Of a stretch of DNA of 64,000 nucleotides, positions 23,033-36,203 are shown in pieces; position 1 is the first letter of the stretch; each line of letters starts with the position of its first letter. The position numbers and the translations under genes are program-made. The notes beneath the pieces are model-generated. The model did not search any database. It was not told the origin of the DNA and worked only from the letters and a program-made list of their open reading frames with translations. Source of the stretch: Isurus oxyrinchus (Eukaryota); assembly GCA_026770705.1 (NCBI GenBank), contig JANJGN010000008.1, positions 72,292,001 to 72,356,000 of the forward strand. Direction: 5' to 3'.

Positions 23033-23566
23033 TGTCTTCTGTGCAGCAGTCCTAGGTTGGAGGCACTGAGAGGTAAGCACGTGGCCGCACTTTAAGTATG
23101 GCGCCCGGTGTGATGAAGCACCGAGGTGATGGTGTGGCGAGCGAATTTAGAGCTCGCCCACCATTGAAATGGCATGTTTCCTGGGAATGAGTAATTAATG
23201 CAGTGGGATTGGGATGATATGACTTGAGAAGCCGCCATTGCGGCCAGCAGTTAAAACATAATTTTTCCTGTCCGCTACTGCACTTAGTACAAATCTGGTA
23301 TGATTCCACATGGTGTCTTGCCACTAGCTCCTCGATCAGCAACAAGGGATGGGCAATAAGTGTTTCCTTGATATATTGCTCACATCCAGAGAGTGAATAA
23401 AAAAAATTCTCGTCAAACAAATTGTGGCCTGCACTTTGATTTATTTGCAATAGTTAGCTTTTGTTGTCTTAAAAAAGGCATGCTATCAATTTATATATTT
23501 CTAAATATATAAGACTATTTGATAGTGATGCCAAGTTGAATTGACCAGTACAATTTAACAAAGATA

Positions 23567-24257
23567 GGGCAGGAATTTTCGCTTGGCATGCAGCCACACG
23601 TCCGACACGCCCGAGCGTGAAATTGCATGTGATGATGTTGGGCGAGCGTCCTGACGCCATTGTGCACTCGTGCAATATTTTGGTTGCCGGGTGCGCGCAA
23701 GAGTTGGCAGCGTGTCCGCTGACAATTAAGAGGCCTATTAAGGCCATTAATGTATTAATTTACCTAGATTTTTCACTGCCCGTCCAACGTTACGGTTGGC
23801 GGGCGGGTGAATTGGCCTGGCAGCCTTTGGATTTTTGAGGAACCCTCATCCAAGGGTGGAATGAGGTTTCTGTTATTATTTTAAGAATAAATAAAGATGT
23901 TTGGGCAGAAGTTTTATGATCTATATGTTTAGGTGAGTGACTCTGATTGCAAGAAGACTGCAGTGCCCCGGTTTAATGACGTTGGCCCTCCAGCAGTTTT
24001 TTCTGCATCTTAAAATCTTTATTTAATGGTTTTAAATTCTTCAGCTCCCTGAGGCAGCTCTCTGCCTTCAGGGAGCTTTCATTGTATGCTGCACCGCGCC
24101 TGCGCTGACTTTAGTGTTCGCCCTCCTCCCTGCCCATCCCATTAATTGGCCAGCCAGTGTGAAACCCCAATCGGGGGCCGATCGTGGGTGGCAGGCTGTT
24201 TCCCGGCTGCACCTGGGCAAACCCACCTCACCCACTCGACGACCTCAAATTCTGCCC
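23567..24257. mobile_element. Non-autonomous Harbinger MITE
   Basis: TIRs GGGCAGGAATTT/AAATTCTGCCC; perfect 3-bp TSD ATA (23564-23566, 24258-24260). Confidence 0.85.
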
Positions 24258-25152
24258 ATAATTTCAGTTGACTAATGTAATCACTGAAAAGGTTGATTGT
24301 CAGAACAGTTATATTTAATTAAATAACACATAACAAAAGGACATGTGGCAAGTTTGCTTTTGAGAGGAATTCCTTGGATTAAAATGTTCTTTGTTAAAAC
24401 ATTGATCTGGATTAAGCGGTAAAAATAATGTTGGGGCTATTGTACTGTTATTACAGAGTAAACTGGACAGCAACTTATGCTGGCTGCACATGTGCAGTTA
24501 AGTGTGGAAACCAGGAAGTTGTCTGAGTTGCCCTGCTCCTCCAGAAGTTTTTGCACAAACTGTATATTAATGAGAGATTCATACATATAACTGCATGAAG
24601 TTGGGGCACTTAGTTGATGGATACTACTTACTAACCATGAAATAAAAAAATTCAGGCTTGCCCGTTCAAGTGTCAGGGAATTTATCAATGGCATGATAAA
24701 TCTTGATTACTATCAAACATCTTTCTGGCACTGAAAATTAACTTTCAAAATTGTGGAGAATTATTCCTTCAGGTTTTGATTATTTCTTTCTGTCTCTTAC
24801 CTCTCTCAATCTCACCTTTCTTTCCCTTTCTTTATTTCACTTTCTGTACACAATTTTGCATTGAATTAAATCTCTAATTTATATGCAGTCTAAACCAGGA
24901 AGTGCAAGGATTCTTCAATCTGATTGCTTAAGGAGGCATACCATTACTTGTCCAGTTCACACAGGCCAACAGTCTCCTGTGGAGTGACACATACGGTTTT
25001 AACTACCCAATGATTGCAAGTTGCAATGCAAAAGCCCACAGAACATTTGTGGGAAGTGTAAGTTTGCAGCTAATCGCAAAATACAGACCAAAACTTTGAA
25101 AAGTTATTCATTTTGGAGCTATGAGCATCACTAGCAAGGTTAATATCTATTG

Positions 25153-25391
25153 ATAAAAACAAAAAACTGTGGATGCTGGAAATCCAAAACAAAAACAGAA
25201 TTACCTGGAAAAACTCAGCAGATCTGGCAGCATCGGCGGAGAAGAAGAGTTGACATTTTGAGTCCTCATGACCCTTCAACAGACCCTTCAGTTCTGTTGA
25301 AGGGTCATGAGGACTTGAAACGTCAACTCTTTTCTTCTCCGCCAGTGCTGCCAGACCTGCTGAGTTTTTCCAGGTAATTCTGTTTTTGTTT
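25153..25391. mobile_element. 239-bp fold-back mini-PLE (two tail-out 3' ends)
   Basis: Arms ~25186-25283 and ~25293-25391 are reverse complements, same family as 1010-4188; 13-bp TSD TTAATATCTATTG at 25140-25152 and 25392-25404. Confidence 0.9.
25290..25328 (+). ncRNA. Hammerhead-like motif in mini-PLE
   Basis: AGTT CTGTTGA A GGGTC ATGAG GACTT GAAA CG TC AACT. Confidence 0.6.
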
Positions 25392-26148
25392 TTAATATCT
25401 ATTGTCCTACCCTATTTGTCCCTGAGAAAGTGGTGGTGAGCTGCCTTTTTGAACTGCTGCAGTCTATGTGGTGAAATGCTGCTATATTGCTGTTAGGTGA
25501 TGAGTTATAGGATTATGACCCAGCATCCATGAACTCAAGCCTAGATGATGTGTGCCTTGAAGGTGAACCTGGAGATAATGGTGTTTTTCTGCATTTGGTG
25601 GTCTTGTCCTTCAAATCGTATGGACACAGGTTTTGTAATACTTTAGAATATCATACTGCCTTTCTTTATTCAAGTACGTGGACAATACTAGATTCTGTGT
25701 AGTCTACATTTGGAATTCTGATTGACTATTCTCTTCATGTGCATGAGGAGAAAGAAGAAATATTTGAAATAGTTCTATTTATATCACGCCATAAATCATG
25801 GAAACAGCTTAAGCATTTTGCATGGTGATTGTTCTACTGACAAATATAACCGCTTTTCTGATGAGGAACATTCCACAAACAGTACTGACATGTATGAGTG
25901 GTTACTAATATTTTGGTGATATTGCTGAGAGGAATGTTAGCCAGGAATGTTATTTCCTGCTCATCAAGCTATTCAAGCTAGTGTTATGGAACCTGTAATG
26001 CCCAACTGAAAAGACAGATAAGATCTTTGATTAATTTTTCAGATAAAGGACAGAAATTCCATCGGTGCAGCACTCCTTCACTACCATACTGGAATGCCCA
26101 CCTGGTTTATGTGCTCAAATCTTGTTTTCTTCTTGGTGGAAAAGTTAA

Positions 26149-26807
26149 GGGGCTGGATTTTCAAAAGCTCAGGGTCCTGATTGAAGGTGGACAGATGTGC
26201 AGTTTGGTGCTGCTGGCTTCCGTGCTAGTTCGTTGCCATGATCCCAACCATAAACCTTTTTCAAAGAGGTTGGCCTGGCTCGGGGTTGGATTGACTGGGA
26301 TTTCCAGTCAGCAATGTGGGTAGCCTGTGTTTGTGGGCTATGGGCAGGAAGTGGTTGTGGGACATACACAATGGATTAAGTGAGGAACAAACCCCCGCCC
26401 TCAGACCTGTAACAGCTGCTGGGCCACCACTGTGGCTGCTGGAGGGATTACCATTCTAGGGTCATGGCCAGACAGCTGTGGCTTTTTAAAAAGTAAAATT
26501 AACTTGCCTGCCCTTGTCCCTCGCTTTCTGCATCCTGCCCTTTTCCCTCGCTTTCTGTATCCTTACATTGAAAGTTCCCACCTTGGCTGGTGCGGCTGCT
26601 GCTTGGAGTACTGGAGGGCCTCTCGTTGGCCCTCCAGCCTTTGGAGCCCACCTGCCCTCCCTGACTGGATGTGAATGCGCTCCTCGGGCTTTAATTGGAT
26701 AAAGCTTTGAAAATCATGTTGGGCGTATCTAAAGGAAGCTATGCAAAGTCAGGACCTAGAACTAGCCTTATGTCCATTCCCTGACCCCTGATTAAAAATG
26801 CAGCTCC
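26149..26807. mobile_element. Harbinger-type MITE
   Basis: TIRs GGGGCTGGATTTT/AAAATGCAGCTCC; flanks TAA/TAG. Confidence 0.65.
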
Positions 26808-27324
26808 TAGTTTCTCCAGTATTTCCTCATACTTCAGTTCTTCGATGCTTAGGGTCAGTCTTCTCTAGACCACCTATAGTGAGGAAGGTAAGGTTCTGAC
26901 CAGAGCATTAAAGTTAAACATGCCTTCCTTTTGACTGAACCCTGTTGTTTTTGGTATTGTATTTGTCCTGTTGACTGTTGCTCTACAGTCATTAGACTTG
27001 AGTAAACACCCAGATTTCTTTCAATTAACCCAAAATTATATCAGAACTTTTCAGAGTATACTTACATTGCCCATGTTTTCATCTTAAATGTAGCGCTTTT
27101 CCCTTGTCTGTTAAATCCATCTGTCATTGTTCTGACCACTTCCATAATTAGTCTAACTCACTTTGTACTTTCTGTCTATTTGTTCAAGTTCAGCTGTCCT
27201 CCTACTTTAGTGTGGTAGTTTGCAGTGAGCTTCTCAATCCACTAAATGTCCCAGTGTTTATCTCTGAGACACTACTCAGCACTTTTCCCCAGGTCAGAAA
27301 TAATTACAATCTATCGAAGATTAT

Positions 27325-28007
27325 GGGCTGAATCTTCCGATTGGTGTGTGGGAGCAGGCCTGACACACCGACGCTTAAAATGACGTGCAATAATGTCGGG
27401 CGTGCGTCCTGATGTCATCCCACATCATCTCATTATTTCGTTTGGTGGGCACACACCAGACACAGCTGCCCGCTTGCTGAAATGTCAACGGCTTATTAAG
27501 GCCATTAAAAAAGTAATTAAACTAGTTTAGGATACTGCCAGTCCAACCTTAAGGTCGGTGGGCAGGTGAAGAGCCCAAGTGGCCTTCTCGTTTTTCAGGA
27601 AACCTCATCCACGGGCGGGATGAGTTTCCCTGAAGCTTTTATAAAATAAATAAATACATTTTCCATACTTTGCAAACATGCCCCAGCTCACTTGACACTG
27701 TCACATGAGGGGACATGCTTAAGTAAATTTTTTCTTTATTTATTAAAAAGTTTTATAATCCATTCAATCTCCCTGAGGCAGCTCCGTGCCTCAAGGAGAT
27801 TGCTGCGCTGTATCGCGTGCATGCATGAAAGATTGCAGGCCCCGATTCTCCCTCCTCCCCCGCCCACACAGGTAGCACTGGCCGCGCGTTATGCTGGGCA
27901 GGCCATAATTAGCCCGCCCGTGTAAAATGGCGGCTGGCAGCCGATCATGGAATTGTCTCCATGCACGTCCCTATCTGCTCCCACCCACAATAGGAAAAAT
28001 TCTCCTC
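27325..28007. mobile_element. Harbinger MITE related to 23567-24257
   Basis: TIRs GGGCTGAATCTTCC/GGAAAAATTCTCCTC; flanks TAT/CAT; shared internal motifs (TATTAAGGCCATTAA, GGAAACCTCATCCA, CTCCCTGAGGCAGCTC). Confidence 0.8.
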
Positions 28008-28087
28008 CATGTTTTAAAAAAAATGTAAATATTTTAAAATTGTTTTTTGTCTGGGACATGTACTGTCATTCCAATACCAAAGGACTT

Positions 28088-28314
28088 TGCGGGAAAAAAA
28101 AAGAAAAGGTTGGAAGTATTCAGCAGGTCTGGCAGCATCTGTGAAGAAAAGAAGCAAAGTTAATGTTTCAGGTTTCATCAGATGAAAGGTCATCAACCTG
28201 AAACATTACTTCTGTTTCTTTCTCTACAGATGCTGCCTGACCTGCTGAACATTTTCAGTATTATTTGTTTTTATTTCGGATTTCTAGCATCTGTATTATT
28301 TTGCTTTTGCCTTA
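28088..28314. mobile_element. Older fold-back mini-PLE of a related family
   Basis: CAGCAGGTCTGGCAGCATCTGT..AATGTTTCAGGTT mirrored by AACCTGAAACATT..ACAGATGCTGCCTGACCTGCTG; centre TTTCATCAGATGAAA; possible TSD AAAGGACTT (28079-28087, 28315-28323). Confidence 0.72.
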
Positions 28315-29229
28315 AAAGGACTTAACTAATCACATGAATTTAATGAAATAGTTAATGCTAAAGCTAACATTGCCTTTAATGGTATGAAACCTTGCATTTT
28401 GTAACACCTAAAAATTTTGGTCTCTGGAACTGTATTTAGAAAGCACTCCATTACTAATTGGCATCAGACAATTGTCATTTCATATCAGTACTAGCTAGCT
28501 GGTGTGGGATAAAGTGTCCGGAATATGCTTCAGATCAATTTAGTGTGATATCATGTCATATAACAGACAATGGGCATGTTAAATTAGATAAGAGTCCAGA
28601 CAATTATCTAGATTTTTCAATTAGTATTATTTTAATCAAATACACTTATATTTATCTATGTCCCTCATGTACAGCCAATGAATTATTTTTAAGTGTAGTC
28701 ATTGTTGTAATTAGGCAGATACAGCAGTCAATTTACACACAGCAAGGTTTCATGAAGTGATACAAGATAAAGAACTAGCTTGGTATTGATGGTGTTGGTT
28801 AAGAGGTAATTGATGGTCTAGACATTGGAAGAGCTTTCTAATTGTTTTTTGAATTATACCACTGGATCTTTTACTCTATCCTGAAAATTCAAAAAAGGCT
28901 TTAGTTTAATGCCTCATTTGAAAGTTGATACCTCTGTCAATGCAGCACCCACTCTGTCATTTTAGCTGTGACTTTATACCTGGTGTGGGGCACGAACCTA
29001 CGACCTGATTCAGAGGAATGAGCATGACTACTGTGCCAAGCTGATATCACTTACATTTTTAATGTAATGATTGCACCTGTATAGGATTACCCTTCAATAA
29101 ATGATGGCACCATTATTTAGCAGCATTCTTAATAAACAGCTATCTAATACTTTATTCGAAAATTTGATTCATCTACAAGTTTAACTAAAAGATGTAGGAA
29201 ATAGTCTGTCATCACAGTGGCAGCTTGTT

Positions 29230-30257
29230 TGTCATGTCATTAAGACATGAAACAAAATCAAAACCGTGTACTTCAAAACTTTATTTCTTTTTGCTATTTT
29301 AAAATGGACTTTTGCTGATCCAAAAGATGGCTACTACAGGTCACGTGACTCACAAGATTGGCCATCTGTTCTGTAAGTTTATTATAGAGATACAAGAACA
29401 AAAGAGTACCATTCTCACCCTTGTGAAATCTCACACTCCATTGTAAAGCCACATTATAATCATGAAACTAGAAGGCTAACAGATGAATTGGCTCCGCAGC
29501 TGGGATGAAAACAAAGACAGACACATTGAAACTCCATACCTGAAGAGGTGTTAACAGCCACCATTTCAGTCCCAAGGGAAATGATGGATTTTAGCCAGAA
29601 GCACAGAAATTGATTGTGAAGCTGCAATTAACTCACTAATGGGTCACATCACATGACCCATGCTTCTCACCTCTTGGACAGTTTTAATATTCCATTTCTA
29701 GCCTCACAGATCGGTCTACTGATTACTTCCAGTCTGAAAAGAACAGCAGCAGGTCTTCCAGCTGACCAGGCAGCTGGCCACCATCTCTCAGCTCCTTGAA
29801 GTCTGCTTTATTTTAAAAGCATTCTCATTTGTTTTCAAGGACCTTCGTGCAGCTGTCTCCAACCAGGAACTCATCTGAACTGAACACTGTCATGAAGGAA
29901 ACACCCTCTGGAGCTTGACTTTCTGGATTCTGGAAATCATGTGAACTAACATCCATTTCTATGTTTTTTTTAACTGTCATTATCCATAGTTGTAAAAACT
30001 CTCTCTTTTCCTTCCCCTTATTGTATATGTGTGTGTGAGAAGTTCCAAACATCCCGCCCATCCCCAGGTTTGAATGTGAAATAAACTAGCCTTCTGAGTT
30101 AATCATAAAGAGAGATTGCTGTGTGTTACTTATAAAATTAGACCACACAAACTAAGAGTTTGGGAAAACATGCCACAGCCTACTCGGAAAATAATCCAAA
30201 AACATCTCTGCTTATGGACAGACTGGGAGAGGATATCTCTCTCTCCTGTTCATGACT
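29230..30257 (+). mobile_element. Solo LTR
   Basis: TGTCATG..CATGAC(T) termini, AATAAA ~30080, TGTT on both flanks. Confidence 0.68.
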
Positions 30258-33200
30258 TGTTATTTTACCCTTTTTAAAGTAATACTGATTGGGAAATCAA
30301 GGCCATCTTTGTTTGTCTTCTGATTCGTTGCATGTGGCTGCCTTTATATTGTTTTGATCTAAACTTAGAAAAATTAAGAGAATGTGTGCTATTGTCATGT
30401 AATGTTGCTTTCATCAAACCTTATCTTCAAAGAATTTTTGTTATATTCATTTGTGCATTTGGGTGTTGCTGACAAGGCCAGCATTTATTGCCCATCCCTA
30501 CTTGCCTTTGACAAGTTGTGGTGAGTGGCCTTCTTGAACCATTGCAGCGTGTGTGATGAAGATATTCCCACAGTGATGTTACATAGGAAGATCCAGGATT
30601 TTGGCAGAGCAATGATGAAGGGATGGTGATATATTTCCAAGTCAGGATGACATGTGACTTAGAGGGAATCTTGGAGGTGATGGTGTCTTCATGTATCTAC
30701 TGCCCATGTCCTTCTAGGAAATTTTTGTTCTCTTGAGTTCTTCCTGGGCTTCCTAAACACTGCTCAGACTGAGGAATCCAGCGGGAGATGGATCCTCATA
30801 CTATTAAGAGGAATATTCCGCATGGCACAATATTAAATGGTTGTAAGAAAGGCTAGGAGAGCAAATGACTTTCCAAATCTGGCTTCTTGAACAACTCCAA
30901 TCTTAAACTCCGCCATTGATTACCATGCCTTCAGTTGCTTGGCCCCAAGCTCTGAATTCCCTCTCTAAACCTCTCCAGCTCTTTACCGCTCTTTTCTTCC
31001 TTAACCCTTTTTGACAAAGCTTTTGGTCAGCTGTCCTAATTCCTCAAGTGGTTCTGTCTCAAATTTTATGTGCTAACTGTCATGACTGTCACTTTAAGAT
31101 CAGTTCAACTGAGTAGGGGGTCACATAATTTGTTCAACCAATGTGTGGCTAGTGTGGGGGAACAAATTCTAAGGAGGGGTTTCCTAGGAAAAAGTGGCTG
31201 TATGAGGGGCTGGCTGGATACAAGCAGCCATGGAAGCTCTCGTGTAAAGAAAGATAGTTTTGTTTGACTAAGAAGCCTTGCGGAGCGTATTTCTACACTA
31301 ACGCTGCTAGGAAGTGCCTTAAAACATTGTATTAAATATACTATATAAATGCAAGTTGTTAAATATTATTGTTATATGAACAGTAAATTAGTTCTTGTGC
31401 TAGTCACATTTGCCTAATAGCTTTGTTGTTGTATGCAACTTTATTTTGTTTTATCCTGAAAAAAACTGATTTTGTGTCATCTGAGAGACTCAAGGCAGTG
31501 TGAAATGTAAAGGATTTTGTGTGGGTTAACAGAATTGAAGTTAACTGCTGGACCTCCACATGTTTTAACTTTATTGCTGAACTGTAGAGAGAAATTTGTT
31601 TAGAATATAGCAATTGGAGTGACGCTGTCATGTGTTTCACAAGAGAATATAGTAAGGATCATCTTTCAGGCCCAGCGTGGAAAATACAGGGCAATGATGG
31701 GCCCTGAAGTATTTATTATCTTCTTGAGAGTTTCAAAGTAATTTCATGGATTTATTACATATTATACCATATGCGATTTTGTTAGTTCTGTGAAATATTT
31801 TTTATATGCCATGGAAAGGGCATCATCTCACTTAATTGCTCAGTAATTACTTTTTCCCATGAACATTTATTTAGAGAATCTGTTTAATTCATGAACGTTT
31901 TAAATTCCTTGATACGGAATGAATGTGTGCTCTCTTGTATTGAACTTCATGGAATAATGCACCATTAAATCAGTTTATCAGAAATCTCTAGGTTCATAGG
32001 CGAGTCACACGGGCCGGAAAATGTCATTTCCGAGATCGCTGATGTGTTAGGAGCATTAGCAACAGGAGTAGGCCGTTTGGTCCCTCTGGCCCTGCTCTGT
32101 CGGTCAGTTAGATTATGGAAAATCTGTGCCTCAACTCTGTTTTCCTGTCTTTGTTCCACATTCCTTGATACCTCACAAAAATCCACCTAAGTCTTGAAAA
32201 CTCCAATTGTCTAAACATCTGGATTCTTTTGGAGGATTGGTGGCAGGATGAAAGCAAATTTGTACTCCCCTAAATGATCAAAGACAGGCAACATTTGGGG
32301 TACTAAAATAAACTTGGTGAACCCAGACTAGGGAGTGCAAAGATCAGCAAAGATTCCTACTGCTGTAGTTATTGAGTGACTCCTGTGGGAACTGGACATC
32401 TGATGAATACAGGATAAGGATCAGAAGAAATGCCTCCTATGATCAGGTAGCTTGCTGTCTAGACCTGGGCATGATGATTGGCTGCTTAGGCTGACTGTTG
32501 GAGGACTGCCAACTCCCATATGGGACAGTGCCTGTTGTGCTTCCTTTGGTTCAAGAATGTTTGGCTGCATTACATCAGTGCTTGAGCTTGGCTGTGAAGT
32601 GCTAAGGGATGTCCTGAGTGTTACATAAATGCAAATTCACTGAACGTCCAAGTTCTCTAAATGTCCAAAGACAATTGGAGCAAAGGTGGAGAGACATGAT
32701 TAAGTTCAGCTAGTATTTGATTGGATGGCTCGACCTATCACCAATATTAGTATAGCTGCACAAATCTGACTATGCTGCATTTTTGATAAATTGAAACATG
32801 AAAGAGAAAAAAGACATGCACTTACAGCGCCTTTCATAACCGCAGGACATCCTAAAATGATTTTATGGGCAATAAAATACTATTAAACTTAAGTGTCCCT
32901 GAGGGCTTTGGTTTAACATCTGATCGAAAGATAGCACCTCCGACAGTGCAGCACTTCATCAGCATTGGACTGATGTGTAATCCTAAATGCTCAAAGCTTT
33001 GGAGTGGGAATGGAACCCTCAATCTTTTTACTCAGAGGAGAGAGTGCTCCTGACTGAGCCACAGCTGACACATGATGTGCTGCAGATCTACTCCTATGCA
33101 GCTGTTACTACACATGGTAGAAAAATTGAGGCAGAAACGGTTTCAGGCTTAAATGATCAGATCACTAAAAGGCAGCATTTTTCCAAAAGAAGTTTCTGCC

Positions 33201-33601
33201 CAACTCATTCAGTATAAACAGTATAAAACTATATATTCATGTGTGGGAAAAATAAGGTGAGTAGTTAGGACCTCAAATGCAGTGCCAGATGGTGTTGTAG
33301 TAATTGAAGGTATAACCTTTCTCACTGCCTATCAGGGGTCACCTGATTGTTCTTGGAGGCTCTGACCAATGATCCCTTAGTGCAGGTAATCTGGGGTGGG
33401 GCTTCTTGTTGAGGACCTGGTTCAAGCATGTAGCATCTGAAAAGCTCTCTGTAATAAAGTTATCTGTTTCTGGTTGAAACCTGTTTGGTACGTCAAGTTA
33501 TTGCATTTGGTGACGAGGGTGAAAAAGCTCCAAAGGCACACCTTGCTTTGTTACGTGAGTACGTCAAACCTTAAGAAAAAAGAAAAGACTACTCACCAGT
33601 C

Positions 33602-34572
33602 ATGCCGCTCTTCGGCAGAATCGATCCTTATGACGCAACTATGGAAAACTGGAGTCAGTATATAGAGCGCCTTGGTTTTTATTTTGTAGCAAATGAAATT
33701 GCCGTGGAGGAAAAGCAGAAAGCAATTCTTTTGAGTGTATGTGGTAGCAAGACATACAATCTCATCTGCAGTCTGACAGCCCAGAACGTGCCTAGTTATA
33801 AGTCCTTTAATGGATTATTAGACCTTGTGAAAACACATTTCCAGCTGATGCCATCCGTAATAATGCAGAGGTTTAAGTTTAATTTCAGAGTAAGGGCCCC
33901 GGGAGAGTCCATCGCAACCTATATAGTGAAGTTGATGCAGTTGACTGAGCACTGCGACTTCGGGGACGCACTCAGTGATATGCTGCGGGACCGATTAGTT
34001 TGTGGAGTTCATGACGATGCCATTCAGTGCTGTTTACTCTAAGAGGTCAACATCGATTTGAAGCGTGCCATGGAAATAGCACCAGTCATGGAAACTACTG
34101 CGGGAGACTCGCAGGCTTTGTAACACGTACAATATGGCGCTGTTCTTCATGTGGGGCAGGAACCTACACTAGGTGTGGTGTGAAAACCAGAGACACAGCA
34201 GCGAAGTGAGAGGCAATGTCTGCTGTTAGAAAAATGAAAAGACCTAGTAGAAACACTTCAACAGTGACTCTAAGGTTAATCTGTTATAGATGTGGGGGTG
34301 ACCATGTACCGGGCACCTGCAGATTCAAGGAGGCAGAATGCCATTACTGCCAGAAGAAAGGTCACATAATAAAGCAATGCAGGGCGGAATCGAAACAGCA
34401 TATAAAGAAGCAAACCAACATGATTGAATTGAATAATACAAAAGAACCTGAAGCTGCCACTACTGACATTTGTTTCTTGTACAACATTACAGTGGTAAAA
34501 ACTGAACCAATTACAGTCACAACCCAAGTGAATGGGAAGCCACTAATAATGGAGTGGTGGGAAAGCACATGA
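33602..34572 (+). pseudogene. Gypsy gag (with zinc knuckles) and start of protease
   Basis: MPLFGRIDPYD..WSQYIERL..LRDRLVCG..; CYRCGGDH..C..CHYCQKKGHIIKQC; VNGKPLIME; stops and frameshifts. Confidence 0.88.
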
Positions 34573-36203
34573 GGGTACCCAGCCACTGAATCTGGAGCGG
34601 ACAACTGCTCAATTGAAGACATACACTGGAGAATCCATACAGGTAAAGGGCATCGCCACAGTACCAGTGCCTTATAGGCAACAAATAATCCAGCTTCCAA
34701 GTGATCATAGTGACATGTGAAAGACCTAATCTTCTGGGCTGAGACTGGTTACAAAAAAATCAAGCTCAACTGGTCTAAAGTGTTAAACTTGAGAACAGGA
34801 GGAGTTCCTGTCCTGCTAAGGAAATACAACGGTACATTTCATGATGAATCAGGGAAGTTAAAAGGCTTGCAAGCAAAAATATATGTAGATTCTCAGCCAC
34901 AGGGTGGATGCCATGGGTTTGCATCTGATAGAAGAGAAAGTTAGGGAAATCAAAGATGTGCCCCCTCCATCCAGTGAAACCGAACTAAAGCCTTTGCTGG
35001 GCATGATCAACTATTATAGCTGTTTCTTGCCAAACTTGTCAACTGTGTTAGCACTATTACATTTGTTGTTTAAAAAGAATCATCATTGGTCATGGAATTC
35101 ACAACAGGAAGAAGCCTTTGTGAAAGTTACGAAGCTATTACATTCATCCTGTTTATTGGTACACTACAACCCATCGAAAGAATTGGTATTAACGTGTCAT
35201 GTGTCTCCTTATGGTGTGGGAGCTGTGTTATTACATCGGATGGAAGATGGATTAGAAAGGCCCATTCGCTATGTCTCCCAAACCCCCTCCACAGCCGAGA
35301 AGGGTTATTCCCAGCTAGAAAAAGAAGGTTTATCGGTGGTATGCGGAATGAAGAAATTCCACCAATCACATTTCACCATTGTGTCAGCTGATAAACCATT
35401 AATGGGTTTATTCATGAGTATAAAGCCATTTCACCAATTGCATCAGCAAAAATTCAATGTTGGGCTTTGATTTTACCTGTGTATGAGTATACCTTTATGC
35501 ACTGTCCTGGCTTACATTTTGCAAATGTGGATGCACTTGGTCACCTCTTGTACATGCTCCAGTGCCACAAGAAGTTGTGGTTGTATTGAATTTCATGGAT
35601 TCTTTTCCTGTGTGTGCAAAGCAAATTAGGAATTGGACAAACAGGGATCCAATTTTGTTGAAAGTCAGAGACCTTGTTTTGCAAGGGTGGTCAAATTTAC
35701 CAGTGTCTGAAGAGATGAGACCCTTCCATGCTCAAAAAATTGAGTTAAGTTGTTCAGATGGAATCTTGTTGTGGGGACCAAGAGTTGTTGTCTCTTCACA
35801 AGGAAGAGAACCACTCTTCCCAGAACTCCAGTGCGCATCCAGGCATATTGAAAATGGAAATGCTTGCATGAAGCTGTGACTGGTGGCCAGACATTGACAG
35901 TGACATTGAAAGCATGATCAAACACTCCCTTCGTTGTCAGCAACAAAAGAAGTTGCCTGTGTCAGCTCCACCGCATCCATGGGAATGGCCTGGTTGACCA
36001 TGGGTTAGATTACATATTGATTATGTAGGACAATTTTTTGGTACCATGTTTTTATTGATCGTAGATGCGCATTCTAAATGGATGCATGTGTATGAAACAA
36101 GTTCACCGACATCAAGCACAACTGTTGAAAATCTGTGTCAATGCTTTAGTATACAAGGCCTACTGGAAGTCATAGTTTTGGATAATGGTACAGTCTTTAC
36201 CAG

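Larger units (their letters stand above)
19602..23311. mobile_element. Second Harbinger-family element (Myb gene kept, transposase not recognisable), inserted in an HE1-like SINE
   Basis: Left TIR GGGCGGAATTTTC, decayed right end GATTCCACAT, GGT on both flanks; the SINE tail continues across it (TTCAAGAAGG|..GGGATGGGCAATAAG..GAATAAAAAAAA). Confidence 0.7.
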
